64,000 bases of DNA from assembly GCA_012295275.1 (NCBI GenBank), contig CM022678.1:12958001-13022000 (forward strand), in the 5' to 3' direction. Within the stretch, counting starts at the first letter, position 1; each line of letters starts with the position of its first letter. The stretch is from Chrysomallon squamiferum. Lineage: Eukaryota > Animalia > Mollusca. Made by a program: the position numbers and the translations under genes. A model generated the notes under the pieces. It saw only the letters and a program-made list of their open reading frames with translations, was not told where the DNA came from and searched no databases. Of this stretch, positions 40,897 to 52,310 are shown one piece after another.

Positions 40897-42123
40897 ACCG
40901 TTGTTTAATTTCAGATTATCGGCTGTCTGCTGCAGTCTGTGGTGTAGGAATATAGCTGTGTCTAAGTAAATCAGCACACTGTACTTCTGTCATTCTCGTC
41001 GACAAAACACACATGGCTGTCTTGTCATTCAAGGTGACGTCGGACACAATCTGGTGACAGACTTCAACTGTGTGCCTGGCTTGCTGCAGAGTGGAGCCAT
41101 CGTGCTCATCGTTGGGGGCGGCGTCCTTACGACTATTGTCATTGGAATGGGTTTTCCGCTGGTGCTGCAGGTGCTAAAAAAAGAAAAGGAAATTTAAATG
41201 TCTTCATGGCTGTCTTGTCGAAGGTGACGTCGGACACATCGGCGGCAGACTACAACGTGCCTGGCTTGCTGCAGAGTGGAGCCATCGTGCTCATCGTTGT
41301 GTCTTCTGTGTTTGGTAAGAGTTGTGACGCAGGAGGGAAGGGGTTAACTAAAGTGTACTGACAAAAGAGAGGTTACTGTTAATGAGTTATTAAATGCAAA
41401 ATAAAAATAAACTGAATATTTTGAATATTTCCTAATTATTGATTCTTTTATCTGTAATTAATTATTTGTTTATGGTTTGTTTCACTTATTCGTCGTATCT
41501 CCAAATATCGTGTATTTCCAATTTTCTATTTTCTGTTTACAGTACGCCACTCTGCTGGTGTTGATCCTCATTGTAGAGATTGCTGCTGGTATCCTAGCAG
41601 CCGTCATGAAGAACAAGGTACATGTCATTGCAACCAAGGGAAATAACTCTGTGAATTTCTTATTATAATATCAAATCAGTTCATTGACTTCTGTGCCTAT
41701 GAAAACGATTGAATGAATTAAGAAGATAATAATAATTGTTTTTAACTATTAATCTGGTTTTACACTGATTTATTTATTTATTTATTCATTAACTTTTTGT
41801 CCCTAGTTTGAAAGTGAACTGAAGAAGAACTTGATAATCAACATAGATGACAAGTATGACGGGAAACTCAACAGTAGCAGCGTTTTCAGCCGTGCATTGA
41901 CTGGGCTCAAGTCTACGTAAGCATCACTGCTACAGCAATAACAGCAACAACTAAAACACCAACACAGCACAGCAACAGCAATAACAACTACTATTATTAC
42001 TATTATATTTCCTACTACTGTTTCTATACAGCTATCCCACGATTACCACTACTTCTACTACTACTACTACCACTTCTCCTATTATGACTGCATCTACAAC
42101 ACTTACTGTTACTTCTGTTACTA

Positions 42124-42215
<92 letters not shown>

Positions 42216-42720
42216 TTGTTGACTTTCTGTTTTTCTAGTTTGAATGCTGTGGTATTGAGGATTATAAAGACTTCGAAAATGCCACCAAATGGAAGGACTA
42301 CAACTAAAGACAAGACAGTCCCGGACACGTGCTGTGTACTTCAGAACAAGGACGACTACTTAAACAACAACAAATTAATTCTTAAAGATTCAACTTGTCC
42401 GAAAAATCCCAAACTGACAAATTCTTATATGAACAAAGTATTTATTTATTTATTTGTCTATTTTTGTTGTTGTTTTTTTGTTATTGTTTTTTAAATTTAT
42501 TTGTATGTTTGTTTGGTTTGTTTGTTTCTTTATTTGCTTATTAATTTATACATTTGTTCAATCGTTTGTTCTTTGTTTATTATATGCGTCTTTATTAATT
42601 TGTTTTCTTTGTAATTATGTTTTATTTTTTTTTTTTTTTTTTTTTTTATCGTTTTCATCAATTTTCTGTTATTTATTATTGTTTTAATTATTATTTGTTT
42701 CTATTTTAATTTATATAAAT

Positions 42721-42777
<57 letters not shown>

Positions 42778-43111
42778 CATTATTGTCGTTGTTTATTTTC
42801 AGCCGTGTTATAACACACTGAGAAAGTGGCTCGTTGACAGAGCTGTTATTATTCTTGGAATTGCATTTGGCATCGCTTGTCTCGAGGTACGTAATGCCGG
42901 ACATTTTATTCTTATTTTATTTATTTTTTTAATTAAAACTATCGACTTAAGTGAATCATTTTGATTGATCATTAGCATAAATAAAATTTTCCCCATCATA
43001 AAATACTATTATTAATGTTTTTATTTTTATTTTATTTATTTTTTTTTTCAGATTTTTGGAATCATCTTCGCTTGTTGCTTAATGCGGGCAATCAAGGAAC
43101 AAAAGGCCTGA
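39780..43111 (+). CDS. Tetraspanin B, recent tandem paralog of A; disrupted as assembled (scrambled exon 2, -1 and +1 frameshifts); misassembled gene or pseudogene
   Basis: Exons 39780-39845 (MVAGCGSNVIKYILFFFNFLFF), 40915-41314 (garbled, internally duplicated), 41543-41617, 41807-41916 (110 nt against 111 in A), 42239-42437 (199 nt against 198), 42803-42886, 43052-43111 (IFGIIFACCLMRAIKEQKA*). All splice sites are intact and exon order matches copy A. Confidence 0.8.
40395..40760 (+). repeat. Degenerate about 43-bp minisatellite (AGCTGTGTCTAAGTAAATCAGCACTGTACTTCTGTCATTCATT) in tetraspanin B intron 1
   Basis: Recurrent CTAAGTAAATCAGC and TGTACTTCTGTCATTCATT blocks. Confidence 0.8.
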
Positions 43112-44186
43112 ACGGAAATGATGTCAAGTTTTAGAGTACGTCATCATCAAGCCATTGCGTCAGTTTTAATCAATCACCGTAGTTAAAAAACAAAACAAAC
43201 ATTTCACTAATGAAATTAGACATTTCTTAAATCTACCAAAACATGGCTTAAAACAAAACTTATGATATATCATTCACTGGAACAAACATTATTATTATTA
43301 TCATTATATCTCTGAAAAATTCATCTTAAATTAAATATTACTAATCGAAGATTATTTTCGAATTACATTATTCAAATTATGTCTTTTCAAAATCATTTTA
43401 AAAAAAGAAGAACAAAAAAATTAGAAATAAAAAAGAAGCTGTAAAACAGCTTGATCTTATTATAGTTTTTTTTACATAAAATCATACATGTATATGTAAA
43501 CACACCAATATATATATGTTAAGAAAAATTATTATCAGTGTGTTTTGTTGTTGTTTTGTTATCATTATAATTACTGCTCTGTATGAAAAAAACGTAATGT
43601 TAGAGGCTTTAAGAAATAAATAATTTAAGTATAATTTTAATATAGCAAGAAATAGTCTTAGAATGAAATCTTAATAGTAATTGTAACGTTGTGAATACAT
43701 TTTAGTGTACATCTTATACTTTTTATAAAACAATTATGATTAATAATTATTTTTTACTTTTTTATTCTTATGTTGTTGTTGTTATTATTATTTTATTATT
43801 ATTGCTGTTATAATAATAATAATAATCATAATAATAATTATTAACAATATACAATTTTAAGTTTTACAAGCTGATATATTACAATTATTATATATATGTA
43901 ATAAGATAAATATATATATTTTTAAAAAATAATAATAAAATCAAGAAAATAAACTATTGTAACTATTTCTGTTAGAGATAATTTATCAGGCACTGCATTA
44001 ATAATTGGTGTGAACATTGACGAAGAATTCGAATATTTCTCACATGAAACGATCTTTGAATTGGTGAATTATATGAAGAACGATAACTCACATTATTATC
44101 TCGTTTTTATATGAAACTTTTTGAAAGAATGTTTCAGTAATATGTACTTTATGTTTTTTTTTTTTTTGTCTTCTTGTTATGTTCGA

Positions 44187-44224
<38 letters not shown>

Positions 44225-45904
44225 CTAGACTGCTGTTATAAATGCTAGATAATAACTTGTTTAGTCTGTTTTTATTTTATTTCATTGTTTCCTGTATCAT
44301 TAATTCGAATATTTATTCATTAATCTTTTAAAATGTACATGTAACTAAACTGAAATAAAATATAAGTACGCTAATAACTTAAAAGATTCTGTTTTTATTA
44401 CAAATTTTAACGATCTCTTTCTCTCTCGATCTCTCTCTCTCTCTCCTTGTGTTAAAGAAAAATAAATACATAGTATTCATTTTATAGCGTGTTTAATTAA
44501 CGATTTTATAAAAAAAGATAATTAATAATAGGTGTAAAGTAGGTCACAACGGGATTTCTGACAATACGGATTAATATCCTGTTACAACTAATCGTATTTA
44601 CAAGTAACGTTGTTTATGCATTGTCCTTACTGTTCATCTGTTTTATTTAGATTTTGTGATTCACACTAATTAATATTATAAAAACCGGACATAATAGGGA
44701 ACAAATTCTCAGTATTCTTGGCTTATTAATAAATATTTTGAAATTGAATATTTTGAAATTTTCAGATTTGTTTTGGTATTCGTTTTATTATGTAATAATA
44801 ACAACTCTGCAGTTTTGCACAGTGTAGTACCTAATTCTTTTTAGACTTGCCCCAAAACAACATTTAACCAAACCTCCAAGAGAAGATCAGATTAAAATCT
44901 TACATTTGTCAATAGGCTTATTACCTCCCCTGACGACATCTCCATCGAACCGCTATAGTAGGCCTTTTCTTGTCGAGTTAATGTAGAGGAATCCGCGCGA
45001 TTTTAGATAATTGCCTCCCTTTGTCAATAATGATAATGAACAAAAACAGTAAATTAGTTATAGAAATATTAATATGTGAATAAATTAGAGTCTTGCTTTG
45101 TAATGATATTGGAGTGAGAAATTAAAGACTGTGGGATAAGCAGTTCGACTCGGATAGTCACTTTAGAAAAATTAAACAAGTAAAATGTCTTTCTTTTTTT
45201 CTTTTAGAAAGGGCTACGTGCTTATATTCTACAGTCATATATAATTTGAACTGAGTCAACAGCTAGCTAAGAGAAAAAAAGCTGCTGATAACCACACTTA
45301 CTGCTGTTCATTGTCACAGTGGTTGTGGAAATAATGAAATAGTAACAATATTAAAATCTCGGCAAATTTGTCATGAGAACTTAAAATGTGTCAACAGTAA
45401 GTTATTCAATAATATGTCAAGTAACGAAAGCACGATATCCAGATTCTAAAGAATAAATAAATAAATAAATAAATAAATGCTATTATGGAATTAGGGGCGC
45501 TTATTTCTAAAAGACAAATTCACACAAAACACTAATACAACAAAAACCACAAAAATTAACAATAATTATAATTAAAAAATTTAAAATTAAAATTAAAAAA
45601 TATATAAAATATAATCCTTCTTTTTTGAATAGCATTACATAGGGACGTACACAGTACATACTTTGAAGTATTTTGTGTAGTGTGACTATAACAAAGTGTT
45701 ATCAGACGCTTTATTAACTGCAAGTTCATCTTACTGTAAATCGTTTTTAGAATCTTTTAGCACGTTAATAAAATTAACACGACTGATTATTAACGAATTT
45801 ATCATTTTATTTATAAACTAAAAAGATTATACTGAAATAACCAATTATGTACACTATGATTAGAGTAGGGACCTTTTTATTCAGGGCGGTGACGTATGCA
45901 CATT

Positions 45905-45978
<74 letters not shown>

Positions 45979-47336
45979 TTAAAATTTATGTACTTGGATA
46001 AAACTCTCTGAGTGAGAATTTTCTGGTTTTCTTTTCCAAAAAGGATGCGCGGAATCATCATTATTTTATTGTGTTATTTTTATTAAAATATTCAGTTGAT
46101 CTGATCCTACATCCGGTTCGTGTTAAAATTTTATAGTGCGAATCAACAGAAGAAATTGACAGATTATAACCTAAAATGAAACGCAGAATTTATTTATTTA
46201 TTATTTTACTAGATGCAGGTCTGCCTTAATATTTGAAATGTTCCTTAACTTGTAATAAGGAAAATGTGTGTTTGTATCTGTAGGCAGAAAACAAATATCG
46301 ATAAGTGCTTTTCATTAATATAAATTTTGCAAACAAATAAAAATAAATAATCGTTAGTCAATTTTATTTACGTTTGCAAAAGTGCGGTCAGATATGACAA
46401 TGACGTGCTTTGCTTAAGACGTGAGAATAATGTACACAGAAGAAATGCAGCAGACGATTAGAACTATTTATCAAAGTTTAACAGTTTTATTGTTTATAAT
46501 GCTAATGCAAGGTACGCATCAAAAATAAACTTCTGTATATTTTATATGTTGGAAACATGTATTTATTCAAACTACATTGACACGAAGTACTTCTAGCAGG
46601 AAATTTTCCTGGAAAGTCATGGTCAAAACAAAATTACGTCATCGCACTTTGCTGAACAGTAAGTCAGTATCTCAGTTTTATTTTCTCAGGAATTTCCTTA
46701 AAATACTGGTTCTCTTTGTTTGTTAGCTCTGCCTAGAATGATATTAAACATTACCAGTATTTAAAGGTATTATAGGACAATATATTAATTATTTTTATTG
46801 AATGATTATTCTTATATTAATAATTTATTAATAATAATAATAATGTTAGTACTAGGAGTATATTTTCTTTCTTTCTTTCTTTCTTTTTATTATTTATTAC
46901 TTATTTCAATAATTAAGTGGAGATCGGGGAAGTTTCGTGAAGTTCATATGCTACAATCTAGTTTGTTTAGTAAAGTATGAAGTAGGTCATCTGAAAAAAT
47001 AAAATCCAATTCTTCAACGTTATTTATATTTCTTTCTATAATATTGTGTTATCTGTCTATGTGTACGTATGTATATTTTTGTAGTTTTAATATTTATTTA
47101 TAATAATAATAATAATAATAATTATTATTATTATTATTTTCACCATAATTGTAATTTAATATATCTGCAGTTACAAAAGTTGATCCAGTCATAATTATTT
47201 AGAACCATCCATTAGTCTAGTCTAACAGATTACCGTTACCCAGACAATAAGAAAGAAAGTAGGAAAAAAGAAATATTGCAAATGTCTGTTTTACATTTAT
47301 TTATTTTTATTATTTTGTTTTTTCCAGCTTGAGAAG

Positions 47337-47698
47337 ATGGGTGGAGATGATTGTGGAGACACATTATGCACATATATTTTCTTTCTGATTAATCTCTTCA
47401 TCTTTGTATGTAATATTTATTTTCCAAATAATTAATCTTAATAATATATATATATATATTTGTAGAATATTTCAATTCAACACAAATCTACACTCAAAAT
47501 GAATTAATGAAAGATAAAAAAAAAAAAAAAAAAAAAAATTCTAGCATTGTTGCTGGTATCTTTACAGCAATGTTATTATTTTCTAGATCATTGTCATAGT
47601 TATTAGTGTTGTTGTTGCAGTCATCTTGTTGTTCTGTTATTATTATGATGGCATTTTGGATTTTTTGTCAATGTCATTTTTATTACTGATAATGATGG

Positions 47699-47742
<44 letters not shown>

Positions 47743-50700
47743 ATTACATTACATAACTTTTGTTTGTTATTTTTCCTTGCAACTATAATATTATTATGCT
47801 TTTAGATCTTTGGTGTAGTAGGTATAGGGGTGGGGATTTGGGCACTGAAGGACAAAAATCAGATGGAATCACTGTCCAAAGTGACAACTGTAGCAGATGC
47901 CAAAGATTTTAATGCCCCAGGACTGCTACAGACTGGTGCTATTATCATGGTTGTTGGAGGAACTGTTCTAACGATCCTTGGTTTCATGGGATGCTGGGGT
48001 GCTCTCAGAGAAATCAAACTGTTGTTGTTTTTGGTATTTTTTAAAAATATAAATTAATTATTAAAGATATTTATGTATTATCTTTTTTAATTGGTTAAAT
48101 AATTAATTTAAATCAGACAGATTATACACTTTCAAGCAGTTAGTCATAAACACACACACATACAAACATTGAACTTTATTATCACTAAAGAATGTAACTG
48201 ACATTTATATTTTGCATTTTTGACCTTAAATCCAGCAGCATAAGATTCATAAATATTTTGAAATTAATAAATTTCATCTTTATAATTATTCTTTCTTTGA
48301 TATAGTATGCCACTCTCCTGGTTATTATTTTGGTTGAAGAGGTGGTTGCTGGTATTATGGCAGCTTTGATGAAGAAGAAGGTAAATAACTTTTACAATTT
48401 ATACCTATTAAAAAATAAAATAATTTAAAAAATTCTAATTGTTATATTCATAGTTGTCAGTCATAAATGCCAGTCAATGAATATTTAAATGTTCATCAAA
48501 CTTTGCTATCAATCGTATGTATTTTTGGGTTTATTGATTATGTGAAATTTTAACATTTAACATTTAACTGGAAACTCTTTAACAGCTAGCATTTAAGATC
48601 TTTTATATTCCCAATAGAAGAATCACACCAATAATGGCTTTTGATGAACAAAGGCACACCAAATATGGTCAGATAGTTGAGAAGATTTGGGAAAAACAAA
48701 ATGGAAACAATATTTCTGAGTTGAATTTTTCAATGATTTATCTTAACTAATTTTCAGTTTGAATCAAATCTAAAGAGAAGTTTACTAAGAAATATTGAAG
48801 AACATTATGATGGACAGTGGAACAGTACTAACATATTTACTCAAGCTCTAGATTTTGCACAAATCTTTGTAAGTGTGTCAGACATCATTTAAAGTGTAAA
48901 TCAGATGTTATAGAAATATTTTATTTTTGGGGTTATTATATTTGTTATGGGTGACATATGAATATTGTAAAGTTATAAAACATTTGATTTCTGCCCTTTT
49001 ACTCCATCTGCAAACAGAATTTATTAAAGAAAAAATAGATATCATATGGTTACTTAAAGAAAAATAAAGAATCCTTATTGAAAAATTGAAACTACAGCTA
49101 CCACTATTACTACTTCTGTTGCTACTACTATGACTACTTCTGTTGCTACTACTATGACTACTTCTGTTGCTACTACTACTACTATTACTACAACTACCTA
49201 CAATTACTACCAATACTTTGTTATCACTAATTTCTTTTTTTTTTTTTTTTTTTTTTTTTCTTTTTTAGTTTGAATGTTGTGGAATTGACAGTTTTTCAGA
49301 GTATAAGAGTAGAGCCAAATTTTGGGTTTATAAAGAAACAATGACAGTCCCTCCAGCTTGCTGTGCTATTGAGAATAAAGATGATTTTATGAAAACTCGC
49401 AAGGTTGTGCCCAAAGACTGGAACTGTACAATAAATCCAACTATGGAAAATTCATATGTAGCTCAGGTAATTAATCCTCTACTGAAAAACCTGTGTCATA
49501 TTCATATGATTACCTGATCTAAATAAGGTTTCAAATATTTAAAAATAAGCAGTCCATGGGCTATTTTGTATTTTTTTTTTTTTTACCTTTAAACTCCTTT
49601 TCATCAACATTAAAACAATAAGTGTTCAATAAATTTAAATGTTCGTTTCTTACTTTTTAAATTTTTTATTTATTTATGATTGGATATGAATCAATTAGTA
49701 AACCATCTTTAATCTTCAGTCTTTAGTAATTTATTTCTGTTGTAATACAGATTTAATAATTCTTTACCTGAAATGCTTGGTACTATGAAGTGTTTTGAAG
49801 TGTGGTATAATTATAAGGAGATAGAATGAGAATAGGAACAGACTATGTGCCATTGCATTTATACAAGGTGCCCCATAAAATTCCATACATAGGAAAAATA
49901 AAAAAAATTATATGAAAAAACATTTTTATTTATATAATAAGCTCTACATGACTGCCATTATGTTGGAAACACATTTCAGTGCGTGTCCTCCACTGCTGAA
50001 GAACACGTTCAAGCACAGCTGCAGTTATGCTTGTAATGTGTTGTGATACGTAGCTTGAGATAAAACCATATGTATGAAAACTTATAGGACATCCTGATTT
50101 CACAACCAGCTTATACAAATTGTTTGCAGGAAATTTTAGATAATTTCTTAATAATTTTATGCATAAAATGTCTTCTTCATACAATTTCTCTATTTTGAAG
50201 AAAGGACAGCCCAAAATAAATGTTCTGTAAATATCACTTAAGATTAGAAAATCTGCTATTATAAATACATAAAATGATGTTAAAACTAATTTTATAATTT
50301 AAGTTAATGTTCTTTCCATTATTTTCAGCCATGTTTTCCAAGAATAAAAAACTGGTTGATTGCAAAAGCCAATGTTATAACTGCTGTTGCTTTCACCATT
50401 GTCATTCTGGAGGTGAGGATATTCTGTTTCACATCACTGATTGAAATGAGTACAAGAAATACTTTAATCTGTTTTCTTCAGTGACTGTTTTGATAATACT
50501 GACAACTTCTACATTATAGTGTTAATTTAAAATAATAATTGCAATATGTATTATAAAAATGTGAAATAACATTCAAAATAAAAGAAAACAAATACAAAAT
50601 ATAGGTACATGCAATAACTAACATCTTAGAGGACATGTTTTAAGTGTCAAATTACTCTTTACAGTTTTTATGAAGTAACCTTTTGTTATTGCTTTCTCCA

Positions 50701-50891
50701 AATATTATGGAATAATAATAACAGATTTATAAAGTTGTAATTTGCTTAAATTCTAATTTGACCTTTAACTGTCACTAAATAAAAATTATTCATTTTATTC
50801 GTTTCAGATCATTGGGATCTTAATGGCATGCTCACTTTTGAGGACAGCCATGGATAAAGAAGATCTACCTCCTCGAAATTTCACATATTAA
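47337..50891 (+). CDS. Tetraspanin C, intact older paralog, 282 aa
   Basis: Exons 47337-47405 (MGGDDCGDTLCTYIFFLINLFIF), 47806-48033, 48306-48380, 48758-48868, 49269-49466 (FECCG..VPPACC..WNCT), 50329-50412 (PCF..), 50808-50891 (IIGILMACSLLRTAMDKEDLPPRNFTY*). All introns are phase-0 GT-AG. Internal exon sizes (228/75/111/198/84) are identical to copy A. Confidence 0.95.
49864..50096 (-). mobile_element. Internally deleted Tc1/mariner-type DNA transposon (MITE-like, 233 bp) in tetraspanin C intron 5
   Basis: Imperfect TIRs of about 30 bp: TA|CAAGGTGCCCCATAAAATTCCATACATAGG at 49864, and at the other end the reverse complement of 50066-50096 reads CAGGATGTCCTATAAGTTTTCATACATATGG. The interior encodes on the minus strand ITSITAAVLERVLQQWRTRTEMCFQHNGSHVELII*, resembling a Tc1/mariner transposase C-terminus. 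Confidence 0.75.
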
Positions 50892-52310
50892 TGTAACAAC
50901 TGTTCTTCTGCAGCCAGATTGATAATTATAACGCCAGCTGGATATTCAAATCACAGTATGAATATGTTGATGTTGAATGATCAAAAAAATGACAAAAATT
51001 GCAGTAGGATATGTTTACTTCAGCTCAAGATATTTTCAACAAAACATCATAATGTGGTTGATATATGACTACCAAATATATTAATACACTGCAGAGACAA
51101 TATGTTGGTAGTTGATACAACATGATTGAACAGAATCTGTCTCAGAATTGTAGTTCTGAGACTAATTTGTTAGTTGTCAAAATAACTGCATAGGCAATTG
51201 TATCTGTTATTGGTTAACAAGTCTGAATGAACCGCACAACAGAACAGCACCAAACAGTTTTACATCAGTGTAAGAATTTTTTTTTTTTTTTTGTATAGAG
51301 TACTTTTATCATATGATTTTAGTATGTTATTTCTTATATAACTTATTTGTCAATGAGAAATAATGAAATATAAAAATCTGGAATTTCTTAAATCTCATCT
51401 CACTCATTCTCCACAAAAAATGAGATTACATAAATAACATAAAATCATATTTTTGGCTTTTTTTATTTTTGTACATTGTTGAGTTTTTTTTAAAATGGTT
51501 TATGTATTTTTAATCATGTAGAAATGGTTGTGGCAGCAAAAAAAATTATTTCTTTTTCTTATCAATTTTAATATTTAAACAATATGTGACTTGTGTTAAC
51601 ATTTAGCCTGCATGTATTTTTTCAAAATTTCCATGTAACTATTTCATTTTGTTCTGCAAGACAGGTTTATGAAAAGTGCAGTTTTCTTTTCTTTTACTTA
51701 TGATGTTAATACGTAAAAAGAAAATTGTTAAATAAACATTTAACAATAATTTATTCCACTTGATCTGTTTTGTTTTCATTATACAATTCAAATTCATTTT
51801 CCAAGATAAAAATCTCTTTTACAAATGTTCAAAATATTCAAAGAAAATATAAATCTACAATAGTGATACTCAGAAATAAAATATTTTAAAACATGTTTTT
51901 ATTTATGAAACATATAGCTATTTAAAAAGTCAAAAGACTACAATTATTTGTAATTTTTTATTTATTGCTGCCATCATAGTTACAAAACATTACACACATC
52001 TTAAATTACAGCTTAATTAAAATGTTTAGAATATAGAAATATCCAGTACAGAACGTACATATGTAGTGAGGTGGATAACCAGTTTCATATGACTCAGAAC
52101 CATGACATTGTGATAATTTTATTATAGATTAACAAAGAAGTGATATAAAATTTGTAAATTTATCATAATCATTTGTGTATATTTTGTTTTATATTGGAAA
52201 ATAAATGAAATTTAAATATTTTGAAATAAAATCCATATAAATCACAAAATTAATTTAAAGTATATGTTAAGTTCTTTTAGTCAGATAGTAAAAAGTTCTT
52301 TTCATGTTTA

